Part shown: piece after piece, positions 24,830 through 39,800 of the stretch
How positions within the stretch are numbered: the stretch's first letter is position 1
Layout of the letters: every line of letters begins with the position of its first letter
Assembly: GCA_030704615.1 (NCBI GenBank)
Contig: CM060731.1
Span: forward strand, 26,784,001-26,848,000
Source: Takakia lepidozioides
Taxonomy: Eukaryota; Plantae; Bryophyta
DNA length: 64,000 nucleotides
Direction: 5' to 3'
Notes under the pieces: generated by a model
Database searches by the model: none
Seen by the model: only the letters and a program-made list of their open reading frames with translations
What the model was told of the DNA's origin: nothing
Translations under genes and position numbers: made by a program

Positions 24830-27800
24830 ATGGCAGGTGAAGGGCGTGAGGACAGCAGATCCGGCAATGGAGGTTGTTGATGCACATGCAGTAGGGCCCG
24901 CCCACGCAAAGAAGAAGAAGAAAGCCAAGCACATGCAATCCCCGGCGAGAGAGCCGTCACGGGCTGCGGAGGGGGGAGTGAGCAGTGCGCGCGAGGGTGT
25001 CAGTTCTCCTCAATCAAAGGTGGTCGTCCTGGAGGGCTCCCCTGCTGCTAGCCCTAGTAAGAAACAAAAGCCCGTGAGAGGGCAAAAGAGAGGGCAAAAG
25101 AACAGGCGAGACAGAAGGCTAGCCAGGAGGAAAGAGAAAAGGCCACTGAAGAGGCCAGGGGTGCCGAAATGACAGATGCCCATGTAAGCGAGGGACGCAC
25201 AGAGACGGTGGATCCCTCCAAGACACCACAAAGAGGCAGTAACACACCGGTTACACCATCGCGGACAAGAGCCCCCCGCAATTACCCATACGGTGGAGAG
25301 TGGAGGAGAGGAAAGAACACCACAAAGAGCACGGATTGTGCAAGTTCGAGGTGAAGCCAGGGAGAGGGCAGTAGAGACGGGGAGAGTGCTCGAGGTGGTT
25401 TCGCCGGTGGTTGACCATGTTGAGGAGGACGACACCGAGCTTTCTGACCAGGATGACATCCTCCCGGACATCCCCAGGCCCCAAACCCGCAGCATACAGG
25501 CTGGATTTGGCGGTCCTGGTGGGCTGCCGGAGAACCCCTCTGCAGCAGACGTCATGTCGGAGGCGGATATGAAGTTGGCCGCTGCCAAGATGTTGGAGGC
25601 AACCCACAGCAACATTGGCAGGGTGCTGGGGGCATGGTGTACCCGGCCAAGCTTTGAATTCCCCTTTGCCGCTTGGTGTCATTGCAGGTGGTGAGACCTG
25701 CCCTCCCAGGCGATATCGACAAGCTGAAATTCTCTTTCCGGGATGGATATCGAATGGGGTCTGCCGGTTTTACGTTTCCATTGAGAACGACCACGGAGCT
25801 TCCCGTGCCCACACTTCCGATGAGGTGGACAAATGGGGTCCCCATTGGCAAAGGCGAAATGAGGAGTTCGAGAGATCGATTGCTACTGATCCTCTTTTCC
25901 AGCACTTGTCCGGAAAGATGTTTTACGTGTGGGACGGCAATCATCGCCTCCTGGCATGGATGGAGCACATAGCCGAAGCCCACCCCAACGACCTCGATTG
26001 GCATTTCGCTGTGGAGTGTGTTGTGCTGAAGGTTGCGGGGCCCAAAGATCGCAGTCTTCTCAAAGCTGCAATGGCGGACATCAACTCGTAAGTTACAATG
26101 CCTCTTGCTTTTGGACCCAAAATTTGTAAGTCATTTCATTGCGAATCCTCATATTTGTTCAAAATTCCCATTTCAGTATTGTTTGATGGAAATGTGGCAT
26201 TGCAGGGTGACTGAGAATGCCTTCATTGCCACCAACTTGTCCCATATGCTCTTCCGAGTGAAGGATGTCGGGAAGTAGGGGGTGCAAGAGTTTGCCAATT
26301 CGCTCAGTGCCGACCTCCTGCGCAAGTCGGAGGCAAAGGCAGACAGAACCTGGTATAGGCTGAGCATGGACGCCATGGTGGACTACATATTTCGGGTAAA
26401 GCTCCTGACTGTTTTGTTGAGCTAATCTGTCTCTCCTCCCCCCATAAAGAAAAAGTGTTGAGCAGGATCTCTAATCTTATGTGCGCATTCTTGACAGACA
26501 AAAATTCAGCAGGATTTGGCACATGCGCGGAGGTTCTACATGGAGTAGAGGAGAAGAATCTAACCCTCCCGACACTCGAATCGTATCTCAAAGCTGCGGA
26601 GGCCAGGGCCCGCATAAAGTACAAGTCGCGGATGGTAAAGTACGTGGCCATAGCTGCTCCATCGTCTAGCCACATCTTGTGTGGATGCAACAGAAAAGGT
26701 GATACATTCTTAACCAAATTGTGGTGGCAACAACTCGTTTTTGTGGTGTTTGGCGCTTACGAATATGCTGGGTGGTTGGACAGACCCGGTGGCTCCAAAT
26801 CTGGAATGGTTCCCAAAGTACAAGGGACATGTGGAGCTTCCCCAAACCGGACAAACTGTCTGACCCACATTCGACATGTGGATGAACCGCATGACATGGT
26901 GGTTTCAGGTACTTCCCCACGCTTCGTTTGCGCTTCTACTCTTGTAGGGGGTGGATTCATTGTATTTTTCAGGAAAGCGATCTGATGGAGAATCTCCACA
27001 GGTGACGACGAATGCGCAAGAGCAGCTGGACACACAAGCACATCAGTTCAAGATGGAGATTTCTCCTGCAGCAGAGAGCCTACGCGACTATGTGACGAGG
27101 TACTTTCTGTACAAAACCGACCTATTCTTTCGGGAGATACCCCATGCCCGCCGGAGCCACGAGTTCACCGACCAGCCGAACGCGGACAAAGCAGCAATGC
27201 GCCTTCTGTACAGGTACATACGCGATGCCTTCCTTTCAAGTCCTTGCATTTCAGGATGTTAGAGGCCTCATGTGGCGCATAAAAATTGGTCCTTGGAAAA
27301 ATGGCGCCGAATTTCCAGTCCAGGGCACCCAAAATGGCTAAGTCCCTAGAGTGGCTGGCACCAAAAAACCGAAATTCGGCGCCATTTTTCCAGTTCAAGG
27401 CCCAGTCAGTTCTGGACTTAGCCATTTTCGGGCCGGACCTGGGAAAATGGCTCCGAATTTCCAGTTCAGGGCTCCCAAAATGGTTAAGTCCCTAGGTGGC
27501 TGGCACCGAAAACCGAAATTCGGCGCCATTTTTCCAATTCCAGGGCCAGTCAGTTCAGGGACTTAGGCATTTCGGCCCGGACCTGGAAAATGGCGCCGAA
27601 TTTCCAGTTCAGGGCCCCAAAATGGCTAAGTCCCTAGGGTGGCTGGCACCGAAAACCGAAATTCGGCGCCATTTTTCCAATTCCAAGGCCAGTCAGTTCA
27701 GGGACTTAGGCATTTTCGGCCCGGACCTGGGAAAATGCACCGAATTTCCAGTTCAGGCTCCCAAAATGGCTAAGTCCCTAGGGTGGCTGGCACCGAAAAC

Positions 27801-30800
27801 CGAAATTCGGCGCCATTTTTCCAATTCCAGGGCCAGTCAGTTCAGGACTTAGGCATTTTCGGCCCGGACCTGGGAAAATGGCGCGAATTTCCAGTTCAGG
27901 GCTCCCAAAATGGCTAAGTCCCTAGGTGGCTGGCAAAACCGAAATTCGGCGCATTTTTTCCAGGGCCACTCAGGGGACTTAGGCATTTTCGGCCCGGACC
28001 TGGGAAAATGGCGCCGAATTTCCAGTTCAGGGCACCCAAAATGGCTAAGTCCCTAGGTGGCTGGCACTAAAAACCGAAATTCGGCGCCATTTTTCCATTC
28101 CAGGCCAGTCAGTTCAGGGACTTAGGCATTTTCGGCCCGGACCTGGGAAAATGGCACCGAATTTCCAGTTCAGGGCTCCCAAAATGGCTAAGTCCCTAGG
28201 GTGGCTGGCACCGAAAACCGAAATTCGGCCCCATTTTTCCAATTCCAGGGCCAGTCAGTTCAGGGACTTAGGCATTTTCGGCCCGGACCTAGGAAAATGA
28301 CGCCGAATTTCCAGTTCAGGGCTCCCAAAATGGTAAGTCCCTAGGGTGGCTGGCACCAAAACCGAAATTCGGCGCCATGGGCCAGTCAGTTCAGGGACTT
28401 AGGCATTTTCGGCCCGGACCTGGGAAATGGGCGACGATTTCCAGTTCAGGCTCCCAAATGGCTAAGTCCCTAGGGTGGCTGGCACCGAAAACCGAAATTC
28501 GGCGCCATTTTTTTCCAGGGCCAGTCAGTTCAGGGACTTAGGCATTTTCGGCCCGGACCTGGGAAAATCGAATTTCCAGTTCAGGGCTCCCAAAATGGCT
28601 AAGTCCCTAGGGTGGCTGGCACCGAAAACCGAAATTCGGCCATTTTTTTCCAATTCCAAGGCCAGTCAGTTCAGGGACTTAGGCAACCTGGAGCCGAATT
28701 TCCAGTTCAGGGCACCCAAAATGGCTAAGTCCCTAGGCACCGATTCGGCGCCAGTCAGTTCAGGGACTTAGGCAAAATGCGAATTTCCAGTTCGGGCTCC
28801 CAAAATGGCTAAGTCCCTAGGGTGGCTGGCACCGAAAACCGAAATTCGGCGCCATTTTTCCAATTCCAGGGCCAGTCAGTTCAGGGACTTAGGCATTTTC
28901 GGCCCGGACCTAGGAAAATGGCGACGAATTTCCAGTTCAGGGCTCCCAAAATGGCTAAGTCCCTAGGGTGGCTGGCACCGAAAACCGAAATTCGGCGCCA
29001 TTTTTCCAATTGGCCAGTCAGTTCAGGGACTTAGGCATTTTCGGCCCGGACCTGGGAAAATGGCAATTTCCAGTTCAGGGCACCCAAAATGGCTAAGTCC
29101 CTAGGGTGGCTGGCACCGAAAACCGAATTCGGCGCCATCCAATTCCAAGGCCACAGTTCAGGGACTTAGGCATTTTCGGCCCGGACCTGGAAAATGGCGA
29201 ATTTCCAGTTCAGGGCCCCAAAATGGCTAAGTCCCTAGGGCTGGCACGAAAACCGAAATTCGGCGCCATTTTTCCAATTCCAAGGCCAGTCAGTTCAGGA
29301 CTTAGGCATTTTCGGCCCGGACCTGGGAAAATGGCACCGAATTTCCAGTTCAGGGCACCCAAAATGGCTAAGTCCCTAGGGCTGGCACCGAAACCGAAAT
29401 TCGGCGCCATTTTTCCAATTCCAGGGCCAGTCATTTCAGGGACTTAGGCATTTTCGGCCGGACCTGGAAAATGGCGCCGAATTTCCAGTTCAGGGCACCC
29501 AAAATGGCTACGTCCCTAGGGTGGCTGGCACCGAAACCGAAATTCGGCGCATTTTTCAAATTCCAGGGCCAGTCAGTTCAGGGACTTAGCCATTTTCGGC
29601 CCGGACCTGGGAAAATGCGCGAATTTCCAGTTCAGGGCTCCCAAAATGGCTAAGTCCCTAGGGTGGCTGGCACCGAAAACCGAAATTCGGCGCCATTTTT
29701 CCAATTCCAAGTGCCAGTCAGTTCAGGGACTTAGGCATTTTCGGCCCGGACCAGGGAAATGGCGAATTTCCAGTTCAGGGCACCCAAAATGGGTAAGTCC
29801 CTACGGTGGCTGGCCCGAAAACCGAAATTCGGCGCATTTTTCCAATTCCAAGGCAGTCAGTTCAGGGACTTAGGCATTTTCGGCCCGGACCTGGGAAATG
29901 GCGACGAATTTCCAGTTCTGGGCTCCCAAAATGGCTAAGTCCCTAGGGTGGCTGGCACCGAAAACCGAAATTCGGCGCCATTTTTCCAATTCCAGGGCCA
30001 GTGGGACTTAGGCATTTTCGGCCCGGACCTGGGAAAATGGCGCCGAATTTCCAGTTCAGGGCACCAAAATGGCTAAGTCCTAGGGTGGCTGGCACCGAAA
30101 ACGAAATTCGGCGCCATTTTCCAATTCCAGGGGCCAGTCAGTTCAGGGACTTAGGCATTTTCGGCCCGGACCTGGGAAAATAATTTCCAGTTCAGGGCTC
30201 CCAAAATGGCTAAGTCCCTAGGGTGGCTGGCACCGAAAACCGAAATTCGGCGCCATTTTTCCAATTCCAGGCCAGTCAGTTCAGGACTTAGGCATTTTCG
30301 GCCCGGACCTGGGAAATGGAGCGAATTTCAGTTCAGGCACCCAAAATGGCTAAGTCCAGGGCTGGCACCGAAACCGAAATTCGGCGCCATTTTTCCAATT
30401 CCAGGGCAGTCAGTTCAGGGACTTAGGCATTTTCGCCCGGACCTGGGAAAATGGCGATGAATTTCCAGTTCAGGGCTCCCAAAATGGCTAAGTCCTAGGG
30501 TGGCTGGCACCGAAAACCGAAATTCGGCGCCATTTTTCCAATTCCAGGCCAGTCAGTTCAGGGACTTAGCCATTTTCGGCCCGACCTTGGGAAAATGGAG
30601 CCGAATTTCCAGTTCAGGGCACAAAATGGCTAAGTCCAGGGTGGCTGCACCGAAAACCGAAATTCGGCGCCATTTTTCCAATTCCAAGGCCAGTCAGTTC
30701 AGGGACTTAGGCATTTTCGCCCGGACCTGGGAAAATGGCACCGAATTTCCAGTTCAGGGCTCCCAAAGGGTAAGTCCTAGGGTGGCTGGAAACCGAAACC

Positions 30801-33800
30801 GAAATTCGGCGCCATTTTTTCCAATTCCAGGGCCAGTCAGTTCAGGGACTTAGGCATTTTCGGCCCGGACCTGGGAAAATGGCACCGAATTTCCAGTTCA
30901 GGGCACCCAAAATGGCTAAGTCCCTAGGGTGGCTGGCACCGAAAACCGAAATTCGGCGCCATTTTTCCAATTCCAGGGCCAGTCAGTTCAGGGACTTAGG
31001 CATTTTCGGCCCGGACCTGGAAAATGGCGCCGAATTTCCAGTTCAGGGCACCCAAAATGGCTACGTCCCTAGGGTGGCTGGCACCGAAAACCGAAATTCG
31101 GCGCCATTTTTCAATTCCAAGGGCCAGTCAGTTCAGGGACTTAGCATTTTCGGCCCGGACCTGGGAAAATGGCGCCGAATTTCCAGTTCAGGGCTCCCAA
31201 AATGGCTAAGTCCCTAGGGTGGCTGGCACGAAAACCGAAATTCGGCGCCATTTTTCCAATTTGCCAGTCCTTAGGCATTTTCGGCCCGGACCAGGGAAAA
31301 TGGCGACGAATTTCCAGTTCAGGGCACCCAAATGGGTAAGTCCCTACGGTGGCTGGCACCGAAACCGAAATTCGGCGCCATTTTTCCAATTCCAAGGCCA
31401 GTCAGTTCAGGGACTTAGGCATTTTCGGCCCGGACCTGGGAAAATGGCTTTCCAGTTCTGGGCTCCAAAATGGCTAAGTCCCTAGGGGGCTGGCACCGAA
31501 AACCGAAATTCGGCGCCATTTTTCAATTCCAGGGCAGTCAGTTCAGGGACTAGGCATTTTCGGCCCGGACCTGGGAAAATGGCGCCGAATTTCCAGTTCA
31601 GGGCACCCAAAATGGCTAAGTCCCTAGGGTGGCTGGCACCGAAAACCGAAATTCGGCGCCATTTTTCCAATTCCAGGGCCAGTCAGTTCAGGGACTTAGG
31701 CATTTTCGGCCCGGACCTGGAAAATGGCGACGAATTTCCAGTTCAGGGCTCCCAAAATGGTAAGTCCCTAGGGTGGCTGGAACCGAAACCGAAATTCGGC
31801 GCCATTTTCCAATTCCAAACAGTCAGTTCAGGGACTTAGCCTTTTCGGCCCGGACCTGGGAAACTGGAGCCGAATTTCCAGGGCACCCAAATGGCTAAGT
31901 CCCTAGGAGGTGGCTGGCACCGAAAACCGAAATCGGCGCCATTTCCAATTCCAGGGCCAGTCAGTTCAGGGACTTAGGCATTTCGGCCCGGACCTGGGAA
32001 ATGGCGATGAATTTCCAGTTCAGGGCTCCCAAAATGGCTAAGTCCCTAGGGTGGTGGCACGAAAACCGAAATTCGGCCCATTTTTCCAATTCCAAGGCCA
32101 GTCAGTTCAGGGGACTTAGCCATTTTCGGCCCGGACCTGGGAAAACTGGAGCCGAATTTCCAGTTCAGGGCACCCAAAAATGGCTAAGTCCTAGGGTGGC
32201 TGGCACCGAAAACCGAAATTCGGCGCCATTTTTCCAATTCCAAGGCAGGCAGTTCAGGGATTAGCAATTTCGGCCCGGACCTGGGAAAAATGGCACCGAA
32301 TTTCCAGTTCAGGGCTCCAAAAATGGGTAAGTCCGTAGGGTGGCTGGAACCGAAAACCGAAATTCGGCGCCATTTTTCCAATTCCAGGGCCAGTCAGTTC
32401 AAGGACTTAGGCATTTCGGCCGGACCTGGGAAAATGGCACCGAATTTCAGTTCAGGGCACCCAAAAATGGCTAAGTCCCTAGGTGGCTGGCACCGAAAAC
32501 CGAAATTCGGCGCCATTTTTCCAATTCCAAGGGGCCAGTCAGTTCAGGGACTTAGGCATTTTCGGCCCGGACCTGGGAAAATGGCACCGAATTTCCAGTT
32601 CAGGCACACCAAAATGGCTAAGTCCCTACGGTGGCTGGCACCGAAAACCGAAATTCGGCGCCATTTTTCCAATTCCAGGGCCAGTCAGTTCAGGGACTTA
32701 GGCATTTCGGCCGGACCTAGGAAAATGGCGCCGAATTTCCAGTTCAGGGCACCCAAAATGGCTACGTCCCTAGGGTGGCTGGCACCGAAAACCGAAATTC
32801 GGCGCCATTTTTTCAATTCCAGGGCCAGTCAGTTCAGGGACTTAGCCATTTTCGGCCCGGACTGGGAAAATGGCGCCGAATTTCCAGTTCAGGGCTCCCA
32901 AAATGGCTAAGTCCCTAGGGTGGCTGGCACCGAAAACCGAAATTCGGCGCCATTTTTCCAATTCCAGGCCAGTCAGTTCAGGGACTTAGGCATTTTCGGC
33001 CCGGACCTGGGAAAATGGCACCGAATTTCCAGTTCAGGGCTCCCAAAATGGGTAAGTCCGTAGGGTGGCTGGAACCGAAAACCGAAATTCGGCGCCATTT
33101 TTCCAATTCCAGGCCAGTCAGTTCAGGACTTAGGCATTTTCGGCCCGGACTGGGAAAATGGCACCGAATTTCCAGTTCAGGGCACCCAAAATGGCTAAGT
33201 CCCTAGGGTGGCTGGCACCGAAAACCGAAATTCGGCGCCATTTCCAATTCCAAGGCCAGTCAGTTCAGGGACTTAGCATTTTCGGCCCGGACCTGGGAAA
33301 ATGGCACCGAATTTCCAGTTCAGGGCACCCAAAATGGCTAAGTCCCTACGGTGGCTGGCACCGAAAACCGAAATTCGGCGCCATTTTCCAATTCCAGGGC
33401 CAGTCAGTTCAGGGACTTAGCATTTTCGGCCCGGACCTAGGAAAATGGCGCCGAATTTCCAGTTCAGGGCACCCAAAATGGCTAGTCCCTAGGGTGGCTG
33501 GCACCGAAAACCGAAATTCGGCGCCATTTTTTCAATTCCAGGGCCAGTCAGTTCAGGGACTTAGCATTTTCGGCCCGGACCTGGGAAAATGGCGCCGAAT
33601 TTCCAGTTCAGGGCTCCCAAAATGGCTAAGTCCCTAGGGTGGCTGGCACCGAAAACCGAAATTCGGCGCCATTTTTCCAATTCCAGTGCCAGTCAGTTCA
33701 GGGACTTAGGCATTTTCGGCCCGGACCTGGGAAAATGGCGACGAATTTCCAGTTCAGGGCACCCAAAATGGGTAAGTCCCTAGGGTGGCTGGCACCGAAA

Positions 33801-36800
33801 ACCGAAATTCGGCGCCATTTTTCCAATTCCAAGGCCAGTCAGTTCAGGGACTTAGGCATTTTCGGCCGGACCTGGGAAAAATGGCGACGAATTTTCCAGT
33901 TTCGGGCTCCCAAAATGGCTAAGTCCCTAGGGTGGCTGGCCCGAAAACGAAATTCGGCGCCATTTTTCCAATTCCAGGGCCAGTCAGTTCAGGGACTTAG
34001 GCATTTTCGGCCCGGACCTGGGAAAATGGCGCCGAATTTCCAGTTCAGGGCACCCAAAATGGCTAAGTCCCTAGGGTGGCTGGCACCGAAAACCGAAATT
34101 CGGCGCCATTTTTCCAATTCCAGGGCCAGTCAGTTCAGGGACTTAGGCATTTTCGGCCCGGACCTGGGAAAATGGCGACGAATTTCCAGTTCAGGGCTCC
34201 CAAAATGGGTAAGTCCCTAGGGTGGCTGGCACCGAAAACCGAAATTCGGCGCCATTTTTCCAATTCAAGGCCAGTCAGTTCAGGGACTTAGGCATTTTCG
34301 GCCCGGACTGGGAAATGGAGCCGAATTTCCAGTTCAGGGCACCCAAAATGGCTAAGTCCCTAGGGTGGCTGCACCGAAAACCGAAATTCGGCGCCATTTT
34401 TCCAATTCCAAGGCCAGTCAGTTCAGGGACTTAGGCATTTTCGGCCCGGACCTGGGAAAATGGCACCGAATTTCCAGTTCAGGGCTCCCAAAATGGGTAA
34501 GTCCCTAGGGTGGCTGGCACCGAAAACCGAAATTCGGCGCCATTTTTCCAATTCCAGGCCAGTCAGTTCAAGGACTTAGGCATTTTCGGCCCGGACCTGG
34601 GAAAATGGCACCGAATTTCCAGTTCAGGGCACCCAAAATGGCTAAGTCCCTAGGGTGGCTGGCACCGAAAACCGAAATTCGGCGCCATTTTTTCCAATTC
34701 CAGGCCAGTCAGTTCAGGGACTTAGGCATTTTCGGCCCGGACCTGGGAAAATGGCACCGAATTTCCAGTTCAGGGCACCCAAAATGGCTAAGTCCCTAGG
34801 TGGCTGGCACCGAAACCGAAATTCGGCGCCATTTTTCCAATTCCAGGGCCAGTCAGTTCAGGGACTTAGGCATTTTCGGCCCGGACCTAGGAAAATGGCG
34901 CCGAATTTCCAGTTCAGGGCACCCAAAATGGCTAGTCCCTAGGGTGGCTGGCACCGAAAACCGAAATTCGGCGCCATTTTCCAATTCCAGGCCAGTCAGT
35001 TCAGGGACTTAGGCATTTTCGGCCCGGACCAGGGAAAATGGCGACGAATTTCCAGTTCAGGGCACCCAAAATGGGTAAGTCCCTAGGGGGCTGGCACCGA
35101 AAACCGAAATTCGGCGCCATTTTTCCAATTCCAAGGCCAGTCAGTTCAGGGACTTAGGCATTTTCGGCCCGGACCTGGGAAAATGGCGACGAATTTCCAG
35201 TTCAGGGCTCCAAAATGGCTAAGTCCCTAGGGTGGCTGGCACCGAAAACCGAAATTCGGCGCCATTTTTCCAATTCCAGGGCCAGTCAGTTCAGGGACTT
35301 AGGCATTTTCGGCCCGGACCTGGGAAAATGGCGCCGAATTTCCAGTTCAGGGCACCCAAAATGGCTAAGTCCCTAGGGTGGCTGGCACCGAAAACCGAAA
35401 TTCGGCGCCATTTTTCCAATTCCAGGCCAGTCAGTTCAGGGACTTAGGCATTTTCGGCCCGGACCTGGGAAAATGGCGACGAATTTCCAGTTCAGGGCTC
35501 CCAAAATGGGTAAGTCCCTAGGGTGGCTGGCACCGAAAACCGAAATTCGGCGCCATTTTTCCAATTCCAAGGCCAGTCAGTTCAGGGACTTAGGCATTTT
35601 CGGCCCGGACCTGGGAAACTGGCGCCGAATTTCCAGTTCAGGGCACCCAAAATGGCTAAGTCCCTAGGGTGGCTGGCACCGAAAACCGAAATTCGGCGCC
35701 ATTTTTCCAATTCCAGGGCCAGTCAGTTCAGGGACTTAGGCATTTTCGGCCCGGACCTGGGAAAATGGCGAATTTCCAGTTCAGGGCTCCCAAAATGGCT
35801 AAGTCCCTAGGGTGGCTGGCACCGAAAACCGAAATTCGGCGCCATTTTTCCAATTCCAAGGCCAGTCAGTTCAGGGACTTAGGCCATTTTCGGCCGGACC
35901 TGGGAAAACTGGAGCCGAATTTCCAGTTCAGGGCACCCAAAATGGCTAAGTCCCTAGGGTGGCTGGCACCGAAAACCGAAATTCGGCGCCATTTTTCCAA
36001 TTCCAAGGCCAGTCAGTTCAGGGACTTAGGCATTTTCGGCCCGGACCTGGGAAAATGGCACGAATTTCCAGTTCAGGGCTCCCAAAATGGGTAAGTCCTA
36101 GGGTGGCTGGCACCGAAACCGAAATTCGGCGCCATTTTTCCAATTCCAAGGCCAGTCAGTTCAAGGACTTAGGCATTTTCGGCCCGGACCTGGGAAAATG
36201 GCACCGAATTCCAGTTCAGGGCACCCAAAATGGCTAAGTCCCTAGGTGGCTGGCACCGAAAACCGAAATTCGGCGCCATTTTTCAATTCCAGGGCCAGTC
36301 AGTTCAGGGACTTAGGCATTTTCGGCCCGGACCTGGGAAAATGGGCACCGAATTTCCAGTTCAGGGCTCCCAAAATGGCTAAGTCCTAGGGTGGCTGGCA
36401 CCGAAAACCGAAATTCGGCGCCATTTTTCCAATTCCAGGGCCAGTCAGTTCAGGGACTTAGGCATTTTCGGCCCGGACCTGGGAAAATGGCCGAATTTCC
36501 AGTTCAGGGCACCCAAAATGGCTAAGTCCCTAGGGTGGCTGGCACCGAAAACCGAAATTCGGCCGCATTTTTCCAATTCCAAGGCCAGTCAGTTCAGGGA
36601 CTTAGGCATTTTCGGCCCGGACCTGGGAAAATGGCACCGAATTTCCAGTTCAGGGCACCCAAAATGGCTAAGTCCCTAGGGTGGCTGGCACCGAAAACCG
36701 AAATTCGGCGCCATTTTTCCAATTCCAGGGCCAGTCAGTTCAGGGACTTAGGCATTTTCGGCCCGGACCTGGGAAAATGGCGCCGAATTTCCAGTTCAGG

Positions 36801-39800
36801 GCACCCAAATGGCTAAGTCCCTAGGGTGGCTGGCACCGAAAACCGAAATTCGGCGCCATTTTTCCAATTCCAGTGCCAGTCAGTTCAGGGACTTAGGCAT
36901 TTTCGGCCCGGACCAGGGAAAATGGCGACGAATTTCCAGTTCAGGGCACCCAAAATGGTAAGTCCCTAGGGTGGCTGGCACCGAAAACCGAAATTCGGCG
37001 CCATTTTTCCAATTCCAAGGCCAGTCAGTTCAGGGACTTAGGCATTTTCGGCCCGGACCTGGGAAAATGGCGACGAATTTCCAGTTCAGGGCCCCAAAAT
37101 GGCTAAGTCCCTAGGGTGGCTGGCACCGAAAACCGAAAATTCGGCGCCATTTTTCCAATTCCAGGGCCAGTCAGTTCAGGGACTTAGGCATTTTCGGCCC
37201 GGACCTGGGAAAATGGCGCCGAATTTCCAGTTCAGGGCCCAAAATGGCTAAGTCCCTAGGGTGGCTGGCACCGAAAACCGAAATTCGGCGCCATTTTTCC
37301 AATTCCAGGGCCAGTCAGTTCAGGGACTTAGGCATTTTCGGCCCGGACCTGGGAAAATGGCGACGAATTTCCAGTTCAGGGCTCCCAAAATGGGTAAGTC
37401 CCTAGGGTGGCTGGCACCGAAAAAAAATTCGGCGCCATTTTTCCAATTCCAAGGCCAGTCAGTTCAGGGACTTAGGCATTTTCGGCCCCGGACCTGGGAA
37501 ATGGGCCGAATTTCCAGTTCAGGGCACCCAAAATGGCTAAGTCCCTAGGGTGGCTGGCACCGAAAACCGAAATTCGGCGCCATTTTTCCAATTCCAGGGC
37601 CAGTCAGTTCAGGGACTTAGGCATTTTCGGCCCGGACCTGGGAAAATGGCGATGAATTTCCAGTTCAGGGCTCCCAAAATGGCTAAGTCCCTAGGGTGGC
37701 TGGCACCGAAAACCGAAATTCGGCGCCATTTTTCCAATTCCAAGGCCAGTCAGTTCAGGGACTTAGCATTTTCGGCCCGGACCTGGGAAACTGGAGCCGA
37801 ATTTCCAGTTCAGGGCACCCAAAATGGCTAAGTCCCTAGGGTGGCTGGCACCGAAAACCGAAATTCGGCGCCATTTTTCCAATTCCAAGGCCAGTCAGTT
37901 CAGGGACTTAGGCATTTTCGGCCCGGACCTGGGAAAATGGCACCGAATTTCCAGTTCAGGGCTCCCAAAATGGGTAAGTCCCTAGGGTGGCTGGCACCGA
38001 AAACCGAAATTCGGCGCCATTTTTCCAATTCCAGGGCCAGTCAGTTCAAGGACTTAGGCATTTTCGGCCGGACCTGGGAAAATGGCCGAATTTCCAGTTC
38101 GGGCACCCAAAATGGCTAAGTCCCTAGGGTGGCTGGCACCGAAAACCGAAATTCGGCGCCATTTTCCAATTCCAGGCCAGTCAGTTCAGGGACTTAGGCA
38201 TTTTCGGCCCGGACCTGGGAAAATGGCCCGAATTTCCAGTTCAGGGCACCCAAAATGGCTAAGTCCCTAGGGTGGCTGGCACCGAAAACCGAAATTCGGC
38301 GCCATTTTTCCAATTCCAGGGCCAGTCAGTTCAGGGACTTAGGCATTTTCGGCCCGGACCTGGAAAATGGCGCCGAATTTCCAGTTCAGGGCACCCAAAA
38401 TGGCTAAGTCCCTAGGGTGGCTGGCACCGAAAACCGAAATTCGGCGCCATTTTTTCAATTCCAGGCCAGTCAGTTCAGGGACTTAGGCATTTTCGGCCCG
38501 GACCTGGGAAAATGGCGCCGAATTTCCAGTTCAGGGCTCCCAAAATGGCTAAGTCCCTAGGGTGGCTGGCACCGAAAACCGAAATTCGGCGCCATTTTTC
38601 CAATTCCAAGGCCAGTCAGTTCAGGGACTTAGGCATTTTCGGCCCGGACCTGGGAAAATGCCGAATTTCCAGTTCAGGGCACCCAAAATGGCTAAGTCCC
38701 TAGGGTGGCTGGCACCGAAAACCGAAATTCGGCGCCATTTTTCCAATTCCAGGGCCAGTTTCAGGGACTTAGGCATTTTCGGCCCGGACCTGGGAAAATG
38801 GCGACGAAATTTCCAGTTCAGGGCTCCCAAAATGGCTAAGTCCCTAGGGTGGCTGGCACCGAAAACCGAAATTCGGCGCCATTTTTCCAATTCCAAGGCC
38901 AGTCAGTTCAGGGACTTAGCCATTTTCGGCCCGGACCTGGGAAACTGGAGCCGAATTTCCAGTTCAGGGCACCCAAAATGGCTAAGTCCCTAGGGTGGCT
39001 GGCACCGAAAACCGAAATTCGGCGCCATTTTTCCAATTCCAAGGCCAGTCAGTTCAGGGACTTAGGCATTTTCGGCCCGGACCTGGGAAAATGGCACCGA
39101 ATTTCCAGTTCAGGGCTCCAAAATGGGTAAGTCCAGGGTGGCTGGCACCGAAAACCGAAATTCGGCGCCATTTTTCCAATTCCAGGGCCAGTCAGTTCAG
39201 GACTTAGGCATTTTCGGCCCGGACCTGGGAAAATGGCACCGAATTTCCAGTTCAGGGCACCCAAAATGGCTAAGTCCCTAGGGTGGCTGGCACCGAAAAC
39301 CGAAATTCGGCGCCATTTTTCCAATTCCAGGCCAGTCAGTTCAGGGACTTAGGCATTTTCGGCCCGGACCTGGGAAAATGGCAATTTCCAGTTCAGGGCA
39401 CCCAAAATGGCTAAGTCCCTAGGGTGGCTGGCACCGAAAACCGAAATTCGGCGCCATTTTTCCAATTCCAGGGCCAGTCAGTTCAGGGACTTAGGCATTT
39501 TCGGCCCGGACCTAGGAAAATGGCGCCGAATTTCCAGTTCAGGGCACCCAAAATGGCTAAGTCCCTAGGGTGGCTGGCACCGAAAACCGAAATTCGGCGC
39601 CATTTTTTCAATTCCAGGGCCAGTCAGTTCAGGGACTTAGGCATTTTCGGCCCGGACCTGGGAAATGGCGCCGAATTTCCAGTTCAGGGCTCCCAAAATG
39701 GCTAAGTCCCTAGGGTGGCTGGCACCGAAAACCGAAATTCGGCGCCATTTTTCCAATTCCAGTGCCAGTCAGTTCAGGGACTTAGGCATTTTCGGCCCGG

